NCBI GenBank assembly: GCA_009602725.1
Contig: WELB01000005.1
Span: 1,082,183 to 1,146,182, forward strand
Reading direction: 5' to 3'
Source: Spirogloea muscicola
Lineage: Eukaryota
DNA: 64,000 bases
The notes below the pieces were generated by a model, which was not told where the DNA came from, searched no databases, and saw only the letters and a list, made by a program, of their open reading frames with translations. The position numbers and the translations under genes were made by a program. Shown here in pieces: positions 43,301-54,493 of this stretch. Numbering within the stretch: position 1 is the stretch's first letter; every line of letters begins with the position of its first letter.

Positions 43301-44492
43301 CCAGGGGCGCGAGGTGGACGTGCTCATCTTCTCCACCGTCAGGTCCACGGCGGCGCCCGGAGGTGGCACCAATTCGCGCGTGGGCTTCGTCGCCGACGTC
43401 CGGCGGATGAACGTGGCACTCACACGCGCGCGCCGCTCCCTCTGGGTCGTTGGGAACGGCGGCACCCTGGCGGCCAGCCGGCCCTGGGCAGCGCTGATCG
43501 ACGATGCCAGATCACGTGGCTGCCTCTGGGATGTCACACTGCCGTTCTCCCGGTTTTTTGGCCACGCTTCTGCGCAGCATGCGCCGAGGTTATCAACGTC
43601 CCGCACTGCCGTTACCACTGCAGACCAACGGCGAGTGGCTAGGGACGGTCGACAAAAGAGATTGGAACATGCCTCAGAACTTTCTGAGGAGACACGAGCT
43701 CCGCAGGGCATCGTGACCTGGGAAGAGCATGGACAGCGGAGAGAAGCACACGTTGATCGCATCAAGAGGAAGTCACAAGCGGGCGCAGCGCAGGGCCCCT
43801 CTCCTCATGGCTGCCTCCACCCCTCCATGGTACCAAACGATGTTGCCAGGCCATTGGGCGTGCCAAGAGATGAGCTCAGGGGGAGTAGTACTGGCAGGAC
43901 ACCAGGCTCTGTGCTGAATCCAAGGCAAGGTGCAAGCGAAAATGGCCGGCAAGTTGCTGGAGTAGTCGCAAGGGGTGACAGAGAACGGCATCTGCCTGTG
44001 CCGCCACACGACAAGGCTGCGGAGGTGTCGCAGCTTCGCTGCGACAGAGGCATGGATGCGGACGCAAGGACTCGTCGGGCAGACAGCTGTCCAGAGAGTA
44101 CGGGACTGGACGAGCAAGTTCTCAAGAGGAGCACGAGGCGGCACTGTGATGAGACCACCAATGGCGTGGACGCTGCGCAGCCCAGCAAAAGCGGCAGGGC
44201 ATCGCGGACGCCCATGGATGCCTTAGCAGGGGCCAGGTCGAGCATGGGCCCGAGTTGCCTGCCGAGGAAGTTTGACAACGATGCCAAGGGGACGATTGCA
44301 GACGTGGAGAGTCGAGGGAAGCTTGGTGTGGCACCAGCTGCGACCTTGAAGGCTGTGCAGACGCGTGCTGGTCCAACGCCCGAGGAGCGAGCTGCGGCAG
44401 CTACGAGGAGGCGGCAGCGTGAGGAGGCGGCTGCTGTGATGGCAGGCGCACTCCTGCCTTCCAAGAGGAAGGCTGAGCTAGGCAAGCGGTAG
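31329..44492 (+). CDS. Senataxin/SEN1-like Upf1-family SF1 helicase (large, many exons)
   Basis: SF1 motifs present: QGPP|GTGKT (split by an intron), CAQSNAAVDE, DEAAQ|ALEPATLIPL, GDPKQLPATV, Q|YRMHPEI, TPYKQQ, TVDGFQGREVD, RRMNVALTRAR. Long helical N-terminal region starting MEGLVERWRALE..W|FHEAFEFVQELPSGRHAWC. Confidence 0.88.
31439..31488. repeat. Degenerate intronic TTTAGGG-like tract
   Basis: ggtttagggttagggacttagggattagggtttgggattaagggtgttag ~20 bp inside the first intron of the helicase gene. Confidence 0.8.
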
Positions 44493-45174
44493 CCCCCACC
44501 CACGCCCAACGTCTCTAGTCAACTTGTCAGTCTGCGAAGTCTTATTAGAGAGGTTAAGGTCAACTTTAAGGTTTTAGCAATACAAACATAGCTATGGTCT
44601 CAAGAGGTTTCTCGCCTTACCTTAAGCTTTCACATTGATAATGCATCACAGGCCAATGTGGACCAGTGTGTTGCCTGCTTCACTTCACTGAGCAGTATCC
44701 ATTTCGTGCAGTTTAGGTGTGCGTGCATGCTACGCATAATATGCACGCAATTGCCAAGAGGGCGGCAGCAGTTGGTTATCTTTCTGAGCCTTCCTGCCTA
44801 ACCCAGTTTTTTGCCGAGGCCCAAGCTCCAATGAGGCGATTAATCTTCTTCATTCAGCCGTCTCAGCTGGGCTTCGTTGCGAGCATCACTAGCCAGATGA
44901 CACCGCAAAGTCTTGTACAAAAATTGATGCAATGTTGAAAGGCCATATATTTAAAGCAGCCCATGTAGCAGCAGGCTGCCTCAGTGGAAAACCGCAGACA
45001 CACACGCAGAAGCTCAATTGAGGTGTATGAAAGAATGTGAAGGATGGGCCTGTACATGGCGTGGCTTCTGGTCGTGGCTTGTGGCATTTGCGCACGAGGG
45101 GGTTGCATTTGTCAAGTAACCTGTGATCCTTCTGACTGACAACCGGAAAAATGCTAGGAAAGGCCAATGCAGTA

Positions 45175-48100
45175 TCACTTTCGCGAGGCACCGAAGTGCT
45201 CAATCAAGATGTCTTGAAGCACAGGCAAAAGCTCTGTGCATGGTATGTTGGTGCGGATCTTCTCACCCAGGTGAGAGTCAGCCCCGACCTTGCCGCCAAG
45301 GAAGATGTCGGCGCCCTCGACGGGCTTGTTGTTGGCATCCTTGGCAGGGGCCCCCATGATGCCAATGTCGGCCACCTGCACCTGGGCGCACGAGTTCGGG
45401 CACCCTGTGTAGTGGAAGCGCACCGCCGCAGGGATGTTCATTGTCTCCTCCAGTTCCTCTGTGACCTGTTGGTACCATGGAGCGAGAAAGCACGATTTAA
45501 GTCCTCATGTATCACAGCAATCAAAGACTTTGGGGAGTCTGCCATATTTGCAATTAGTATATAGAATCCTTGCAAATGAAATAGCACATTATTGACACGC
45601 TGTGCTGCTGTACTATTGTTTTAATCAAAATCCTGCAGTATGTTGGGCTGACAATACTAGGACGTAGCTGGGCAATGCTAAGTCATGAGCTTACTGCAAG
45701 AGTTTGAGTGCGGACCTTGAGGGCACGATTCTTGGTCTCGATGAGGGCCATGCCGCAGAACTGCGCACCCGTGCACGACACGAGGCCCGCCGACAGGTTG
45801 CCCAGCTTCACCTTGAAGCGATCTCGTACAAGAGGCTCCTCCAGCAGCGCCGGCACGCGGTCATTTGGCACATTGATCAGCACAATGTTCTGCTCCACCG
45901 TCAAGCGCAGTTCACCAGTGCCATACTCATCCGCCAGCCTCGCAACCTCATACAGGTCCTCCGCCTGAAAGAGCAGTACAATACGTCCATGACCAAAAGT
46001 TGACTAAAAATGGTTGAGTTTGAAGTCAACTTAGGTGGCAGACTAGTAATTAGGTGGCAGACTAGTAACAGCCAGTTAGATAAGTAGTAATGTACATGCA
46101 TGCTACGCTTTGCATGGCAGATCCTCCAACTTTGCTGCAGGTAACAACTGCGCATGTTCTGTCTTGACGGCTTGACGTGACAGGTAAGCTACGTCTTTTT
46201 GAGTGAGGATCCACACTTCTGTAGCCATTACACTTTTGCAGCATTGCAGATTCCTAACATTCTCTTCTGAACTGAATTCAGCTATGCTTCCTATTGACCA
46301 GGTCTGTTGGTTATTTGTGAGGTAGGAGTATCGCCTAGACTTACAATGCAATAAGGATGACGTCATGGCTCAGATGTATGAAGCATACAGGTGGACCAGG
46401 ACTGCAGTGACAGGCAACTAGCTTCACCTGCAGGCGGCCAACGGGGACATTGAGACCGACATAACTGAGGCCGGGCTGCTTCTGCAGGTGTGCGCCAAGA
46501 TAGTCGCGCCGCTTCCACGCCGGGTCCAGCAGGTCCTTGGCTGCCGCACGTGGGAGCTCGCCGCTGGGCATGCGCTTGGCCACCTCCTCGCGGAAGCCCT
46601 CCATGCCCTGCCGAGAAGGCCAAAGAAGAGGCAGTGAGAGGAGGGAGGGGGCAAGAGGTAGGAGGGAGAGAACGAGGGAGGGAGGTCGGTGAGGCGCACC
46701 AGCTCGTCAATGAGCCACATCATGCGCGTGCGTGCGCGCTGCCCGCGGAAGCCAAGGTCGCGGTACGCCTCGAGCACCGCCTTGCAGAGCGGCACGACGT
46801 CGTCGGCTGGCACCCAGGCGTCTAATGGCAGCGCCTCAGCACAACGCTTCTGGCTGAAGAAGCCGCCAACGAGGAGATTGAAGCCAAAGACGCCGTCCTT
46901 CTCCGCAGGGATGTACGCGAGGTCGTTGATGTGTGGGTGCTCGAACAGGTCGTGCGTGCCAATGACACACACGTTCCACTTGCGTGGCCTGCGGTGGCCA
47001 CAGCAAAGTGGTCAGGGCAAGTGTCAATGTACTTGACTGTGCATACAAGTTATGTTCAGTTTTTAATCATTGCCAACTTGTGGCCACCTGGCTGTATTCA
47101 AAAGCAGAGAATTAGGCTAGGAGCAGGCACAAGCATATGCTGCTAACGCACACACTAATGCCTAGGCGGGCGCCACTTTGCCGTGCTTCTGTGCTGCTCA
47201 CAGGTTGGTGATGGAAAGGTTGCCCTTGCCACCGGCGATGATGTAGTCATTAAGCGCATCATTGAACGGCCGCGTGTCCACAATCTCGTGCAGGTCCACT
47301 CCAGCCAGCGGGTTGCCCACACCGTTGCGGACGTTGTCCATGCCGCTCTGGATCGATGTCAGGCCCACCTGCAAGTTTGTGGCGCGGCTTCAATGAGCAG
47401 CAATCCAAACAGCGAAGAGAGGGTCTGCAGCTTCAACCAAGCAAGGTTGACAACGAGGGAGAAGTAGCGCGCAATGATGCACAGAGACATGGCCAATTAC
47501 ACATGCGAGCAGAGCTAATTTACTTTTCTCACTCAAGTACCTGCTGCTGACACTGCCCCATTCAGAAACTGCCATAGTGGATAAGAAGGGTCAGTGGGAA
47601 AGCTAACCACAATGGGAGGGTCCCACATACCTCCTCAAGGCCCTGGATGACGTCGGGCGCGTCCTCGAGCGTGACCCCGCGGATCTGCCAGTTCTGGCGC
47701 GTCGTCACGTCCGCGCACCCGTCCTTGCCATACTTGGAGATGACGTCGGCGAGGTAGCGCGCGTGCCGGCTGTTGGTCACGCCATTGGGCACCTTGAGCC
47801 GCATCATGAAGCGCCCATCTGCAGTGCCACCACATAGGCAGTCAGGTGCCGGGTGGTGCCCTCCTAATCGATTGCCTTATCCTCTACCCTCCCTCCTCCT
47901 GACCTGCTGGACTTCCTATCGCACACCATCCCGAGCTCTGCTGAGTAAGCCAAGAGATCAACTTTCGTGTATTGCGAATGATCGAAGCCAAAGTAGCGAA
48001 GTACAAAAGCAAGAATACGTAAGTTACCCACTGCAAGTGACCCGCTCAATCACCACGGGTCAATACACAAAGGTCGCTAAAGGACGCCTGATTACCAGAT

Positions 48101-48659
48101 GAAGACCAGATGGCGAATTTCAAGCCCTTCTGCCACCAACTACAGCTCGCCCAGCTTTTTGAATGAGTGGGGGAGAATGAAAGCGGGGGGAGGGAAGCTG
48201 GCGCAGCCCACATTGGTGCTTGCGGCGGTGGAAGAGGCCGAGCCACTTGAGGCGCGAGTCGATGTCCTCCTTGCCGTCCTTGCTCGCGTCGAGCTCGGCG
48301 AAGCCTGTAGCGGCGAGCTCCCGCAGCCCGCCCTCGCGGTACAGCGTCATCGGGTCCTTCTCCAGCTTCAGCTGCACGGCGAGCACACCAGCACGACAAC
48401 GCGTCAGGAGAGAGGAGTGGGAATGGAGCACGGGTTTGGGCTGCGGCAGCAGGATCAGCGACGAAATCACGCAGTCGAAGGAAAGAATTTGCCTGTGGGG
48501 TGAATTCTCTCTTGGATCGGAGGTGGTGGGCAGACCTTCTCGGCGGGGTTCAGGCCGGCGCGGAATTTGTCCTTGAGCACCCAGTAGCCGCCGGCGGCCT
48601 CCTCCACGCGCGGCTCCAGCCGCTCGGCGTCCGCGGGCGCCGCCGGCGCCGCCGGCGGC
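45175..48659 (-). CDS. NIR: Ferredoxin-nitrite reductase (plastid, siroheme/4Fe-4S); start and transit peptide lost in an N gap
   Basis: ERLEPRVEE..GYWVLKDKFRAGLNPAEK, DIDSRLKWLGLFHRRKHQ|YGRFMMRLKVPNG, CADVTTRQNWQIRG, SGMDNVRN, HDLFEHPHINDLAY, SCTGAQFCGMA and TGCPNSCAQVQVADIG (cluster/siroheme Cys). Confidence 0.97.
47992..48080. promoter_or_regulatory. Intronic element with NRE-like palindrome in the NiR intron 47819-48211
   Basis: TGACCCG-N11-CGGGTCA (48038-48062) plus AGGTCGCTAA (48071-48080) and an upstream block (47992-48013). A near-copy lies in the NAR1 intron. Confidence 0.55.
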
Positions 48660-49322
48660 NNNNNNNNNNNNNNNNNNNNNNNNNNNNNNNNNNNNNNNNN
48701 NNNNNNNNNNNNNNNNNNNNNNNNNNNNNNNNNNNNNNNNNNNNNNNNNNNNNNNNNNNNNNNNNNNNNNNNNNNNNNNNNNNNNNNNNNNNNNNNNNNN
48801 NNNNNNNNNNNNNNNNNNNNNNNNNNNNNNNNNNNNNNNNNNNNNNNNNNNNNNNNNNNNNNNNNNNNNNNNNNNNNNNNNNNNNNNNNNNNNNNNNNNN
48901 NNNNNNNNNNNNNNNNNNNNNNNNNNNNNNNNNNNNNNNNNNNNNNNNNNNNNNNNNNNNNNNNNNNNNNNNNNNNNNNNNNNNNNNNNNNNNNNNNNNN
49001 NNNNNNNNNNNNNNNNNNNNNNNNNNNNNNNNNNNNNNNNNNNNNNNNNNNNNNNNNNNNNNNNNNNNNNNNNNNNNNNNNNNNNNNNNNNNNNNNNNNN
49101 NNNNNNNNNNNNNNNNNNNNNNNNNNNNNNNNNNNNNNNNNNNNNNNNNNNNNNNNNNNNNNNNNNNNNNNNNNNNNNNNNNNNNNNNNNNNNNNNNNNN
49201 NNNNNNNNNNNNNNNNNNNNNNNNNNNNNNNNNNNNNNNNNNNNNNNNNNNNNNNNNNNNNNNNNNNNNNNNNNNNNNNNNNNNNNNNNNNNNNNNNNNN
49301 NNNNNNNNNNNNNNNNNNNNNN
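48660..49322. other. Assembly gap (N run) covering the NiR start and part of the NiR/NR promoter
   Basis: Run of n. Confidence 1.
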
Positions 49323-49367
<45 letters not shown>

Positions 49368-49386
49368 CCTCTCTCTCTCTCTCTCT
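49323..49386. repeat. (CT)n/(GA)n microsatellite in the NiR-NR divergent intergenic region
   Basis: Uninterrupted CT run next to the gap edge, then a lightly interrupted continuation. Confidence 0.95.
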
Positions 49387-49789
49387 CCCCCCCTCCACAA
49401 CCTCCCCAATCTCCCCGACGCCAACTTGGGTCGTCTGCGCTCTCACCGCCAGGGGCCACTCCGCGGCTGCTGCGTGGCCTGCCACGCCTGACTGGCGATG
49501 AGCAAACCCGAAGCCCCTCCTTCCCCCCTCACTCCTCCCCCCTCCCTCCTCCACTCTTCCCCACCCAGCTCGGCAATCAGCTCATTCCCCTCCGCTCGAA
49601 CCCCACCATTCACTTCCCCTCCACCCTCTTCCGCCAGAGCCCACTTGAGGCCAGCGTCCAGCTGAGCGTTCTGAGCTCTCTAAGCTTTCCTTGCGCCGCC
49701 AGCCGCGCGGCACGCCGCCCACTGTCAGAAATTAGCTGCATTGGCGCACTCAGAGCTGCAGAGCACTGGGGGCGCCAGGACTGCCCACC

Positions 49790-52700
49790 ATGCCGGCGGC
49801 CGCGCTGGAGCACCTCCCTCCTCAGGGCGGCTGCCCGGTGGCGCCTGCGCCAATGGTGGCCAAGCCGTTCGCCAGTTCCGTGCCCAACGGCAAGCCCCAC
49901 CGGAGCGAGACGTTGCCGCTGGCCAACGGCGGCGGCGCTGGCTCCGACGACGGCCATGAGCACGGTGGCGAGGCGGACAGCCTGCCGAGCGCGGCGCTGG
50001 TGTCGGCGCAGCAGCTGCAGGAGGAGGAGGAGGAGCGGCTGCGAGAGCAGGCGGTGTCGTGGGCGTTCCCCGCCGAGGCGGTGGGCAGCTTGGACAAGCG
50101 CGACGTGGGCACGCCGGACGCCTGGGTGGCGCGCCACGCCGAGCTCGTGCGCCTCACTGGCCGGCACCCGTTCAACTGCGAGGCGCCGCTGCCGCGCCTC
50201 ATGGAGTACGGCTTCCTCACGCCCGTGGCGCTGCACTACGTGCGCAACCACGGCTACGTCCCCCGCGGCGACTGGGCGTCGTGGCGCGTCGAGGTCGGCG
50301 GCGCCGTGCGCCGCCCCTGCGCCCTCTCCATGGACGACCTCGCCGCCATGCCGTCGCGCGTCCTGCCCGTGTCGCTGGTCTGCGCGGGCAACCGGCGCAA
50401 GGAGGAGAACATGGTGAAGCAGACCATCGGCTTCAACTGGGGCGCGGCCGCGGTGTCGACGTCCGTGTGGCGCGGCGTGCGCCTGTGCGACGTGCTGCGG
50501 CGCGCCGGCGTGCTGCCCAAGTCCGCTGGCGCGCTCCATGTCTGCTTCGAGGGCGCCGAGTCCCTCCCCGGCGGCGGCGGCTCCAAGTACGGCACCTCGC
50601 TGCGCGTCGACGTCGCCATGGACCCCGCGTGCGACGTCCTGCTCGCATACGAGCAGAATGGTGCTCGCCTGGAGCCCGACCACGGCTTCCCCGTGCGCAT
50701 GATCATCCCGGGCTACATCGGCGGCCGCATGGTCAAGTGGCTCACCCGCATCACCGTCACGGCGTCCGAGAGCGACAACTACTACCACTTTCACGACAAC
50801 CGCGTCTTGCCCTCGCACGTCGACGCCGAGCGCGCCACCGCGGAAGGTGCATGCCGCACCTGCTTCCAACGAGCGTGCTCGTCCCCGCGCTCACAAGCAA
50901 CGATCTCCACAGTCACCGTCACTTTATCCCACGAGACTGGCGAGCAACTTGTGATGATATTGCGCTTTGATTAGCGAAGCTGAGGAACAGCTTAATTGAC
51001 ACTTCTTCTGATGGCATCGTGTGGCCCCTCTATTGACTGCAGGCTGGTGGTATAAGCCGGATTACATTATCAACGAGCTGAATGTCAATTCGGCAATTAC
51101 GACGCCCGCGCACGGCGAGGTCCTCCCTGTCAGCTGCCTCTCCTCCGACAGCCAGTACACACTCAAGGGCTACGCCTACTCTGGTGCGTGACGCTCTCGT
51201 CACACTCTTGCAGTGCTGCAGGCGTTAACGTAGCACGGCTTGACAAATGATAAGCATCCATGGCAAGGACCTCGCTTACAGGCTCTTGGGATGACCTGTC
51301 ATTCTTTCTGAAGCCGGTGCGTTGAGTTATCTATTATGGTAAGCGCTACTGCGTCTGATCCAGCTCCACTTTGAGCTGCAAGTGCAGGCGGCGGCCGCAA
51401 GGTGATCCGCGTGGAGGTCTCCCTGGACGGCGGCTCTGCGTGGCAGCACTGCGACATCGAGTGCAACGAGCGGCCGACGGTGTACGGCAAGTACTGGTGC
51501 TGGGTGTTCTGGAGCATCCGTGTGGACGTCATGCGGTTCCTGCAGGCCACCGAGATCTGCGTGCGCGCATGGGATGCTGCCATGAACACGCAGCCCGGCC
51601 AGCTGACGTGGAATGTCATGGTGAGAGAGGCCCCCCCCCCCCGCCCCCTTTGGGGAGAGGCGCACCAATGGTTATTAATAATCACGACTGGCTTCATCGT
51701 GCAGGATACACAGAATATGTAACTGTGTCTGATTATTGCATGTGATGGTCATGTTCTGGCTATAAGTGTCAGAGGATTGTAAATTATGTTGTACCGGACC
51801 ATAATCCATGCGCCATCCGGGTCAACTTGCAGGGCATGATGAACAACTCGTGGTTCCGGGTGAAGCTGCACCCAGTGAACCTCCACGGCGGCGGTATCGG
51901 CCTGACGTTCGAGCACCCGACACGGCCTGGCAACGAGACCGGTGGCTGGATGGTCAAGAAGGTGGAGGAAGACAAGGCGGCGGCGGCGGCAGCCACCAAG
52001 CCAATGGCCAAGAGCGCCTCTCTGCCGGGGCTCGTGGCCGCCGGCGCCGGCGCGGCGGCAAGGCAGATCCCTATGTCGGAGGTGAAGCTGCACGACAGCG
52101 AGAAGTCGCCATGGATCGTCGTCAATGGCAAGGTGTACGACTGCACCAAGTTCCTGGAGGATCACCCCGGTGGCGCCGAGAGCATCCTCATCAATGCCGG
52201 CACCGATGCCACGGACGAGTTTGACGCCATCCACTCCGCCAAGGCCAAGGCGATGTTGCAGGACTACTACATTGGCGAGCTCGTCCTGGAGCAGCAGCTG
52301 GACAATGGTGCAGCTCTGGAGCTGGCGCAGAATGGCGCGCAGGAGCTGACAGTCAAGGACCTCGAGAGCGTGAGCCCAGAGATCAAGGTGGCGCCAGTGG
52401 CCACTGAAGCTGCGCCATTGGTGGCCCTCGATCCCAAGCGGCGGATACCGTTTGTGCTCAAGGAGGTGGAGAAGCTGAGCCATGACGTGCGGCGGTTCCG
52501 CTTTGCACTGCCGAGCGAGAAGCACGTCCTGGGCCTGCCCGTCGGCAAGCACATGTTCCTGAGCGCGACGGTGGGCGGCAAGTTCCTCATGCGCGCGTAC
52601 ACGCCGACGAGCTCCGACGGCGACGCGGGCTACTTTGACCTCGTGGTCAAGATCTACTTCAGCGGCATCTCGCCGCACTTCCCCGACGGCGGCCTCTTCA

Positions 52701-53209
52701 CGCAGCACCTCGAGAGCCTCAAGGTCGGCGACACGATCGACGTCAAGGGCCCCGTGGGCCACATCCACTACCAAGGCCGCGGCAAGTTCCTCGTCAGCAA
52801 CAAGCCGAGGGTAGCGAGGCGGCTGGCGATGGTCGCCGGCGGCTCCGGCATCACGCCCATGTACCAGATCCTGCAGGCCGTCTGCAAGGACCCGGAGGAC
52901 GACACGGAGATCTGGCTCCTCTTCGCCAACAAGAGCGCCGGCGACATCCTCCTGCGCAACGACCTCGGCCGCTGGGCCGCCGCCAATCACCGCCTGCACG
53001 TGTGGTACACCGTCAACACGCCGCCGCAGGGCGAGCCGTGGCCCTTCAGCACAGGGCGCATCGACGAGGCCATGGTGCGCGAGCGCCTGCCGCCGGGCGG
53101 CCCAGACGGGCTCGCTCTCCTCTGCGGCCCTCCCGGCATGATCCAGTTCGCATGCCTGCCTAACCTGCAGAAAAATGGATACGATGTTGATCGAATCCTT
53201 ACCTTCTAA
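49790..53209 (+). CDS. NIA: Assimilatory NAD(P)H nitrate reductase (Moco - cyt b5 - FAD); exons 49790-50846, 51043-51183, 51388-51620, 51833-53209
   Basis: [30 protein letters not shown] (Moco Cys), [30 protein letters not shown], heme HPGG..HS, FAD RAYTPTS, GGSGITP, CGPPGMI. All three introns are GT-AG. Confidence 0.98.
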
Positions 53210-54493
53210 CTGTACCTCACTGAAGTCTTACCGCAGCTCTAACGGAATTTTGCCACCCCGCTTTCGTAGGTTTCCTGCATCCCTTACCTTCTCAAAACGT
53301 TCACCACCTTGTGCAGGGGATCTTCCTCTTGCTTCGGCTTCCCTCTTGCTTCCCCACTTATCTCTCCATTTTGCAATACTAAACGGCCAGCGCGGCACCT
53401 TAAGTTACATGCCATGCTCGAATGGACATTGCGAGGTAGTCCTTTTATTCGTCACAGCTGCTTTGAGACCCAATCACTATTTTGATGGGTCTGCAGCAGC
53501 AGGCAGGGTGCTGAACGGCTGCAGGCCGTTTGTACACCTATGTATAGAAGCCTTGTGCAATTGAATTCATGGCACAAGGTAGACATTAATGTGAGACTTT
53601 GCAAAGTGCAACAAGCCAAGAGTCTATGCAGATGAGCGCGCCCACTCGATTGTGAACCATCTCTGTGCTCACAAGTGGGTGGGCGAGTGCCCACTTAAAA
53701 ATATTTGAGGTGCCAGCGCCAAGCCAGCAATGATTCTACTCCAGCTGGTCATACACTTGCTCGCCACATTCAGAGTCCAATTGGAGTTGGTCAAATCCTA
53801 GGGACGCCTTCTCATGGCCGGGCAAGTGCTGGTCACCTGCTCGTTCTAATGGTGTACAGTGGGAAACTCTTAACTGGCAGTGTCCGATGATCTTTCAATG
53901 CCTGGCTACTTCTGCAAATGATTAAGTGCCATTGAGGAGGTCTCTGCAAAGGGGACAGGACGTAACTTGATTGTTGTGATGCACAGCTGGTGTTGACTGT
54001 TGTGGACTTTGCAGCGAGCACATCGGGTGTCCCCTAAAGATTTGTGCTACGCAGCTTTTGGCAAGCGACGAACTGGATGTGGGGTTCCCGGAGGTGTTGT
54101 GCCAGTACTCTTATGATCAATCAAACGAAGTCTTCAAGGCCATCAATCATGCTGTCTATACACCATGACTGGGTGCAGCAAAGGCGCACATGGGTCTGAA
54201 GCCTCCAGGATAATTTGTCTGCCCACATTGATTTTGTCTGGAGATGTTAATAATCTAGACTGCTAAGATGGCCTCCAGATGACTGCGAAAGATGAGTGAC
54301 ACACGAGAAAGACGGTTTCGGACAAGCTATGTGGCCCTCACGGCTTTTTGTGATGAAGTGCCCAGACGATAAGGCTCGATGCCAAAATCGCGACTTCATT
54401 GCTCTGCTTTCGGCAGTGGTAGGTGGCGGCACAGCCGCAGCTGAGCCTGGGCGTTCTGACACTACTGGTCATGGTTTGGCGCTTAAGGTCTGC

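Noticed and set aside
49610..52999. Long antisense ORFs (419 aa, 416 aa) over nitrate reductase
   Set aside because: Shadow frames caused by high GC3 in the NR exons; no recognisable motifs.
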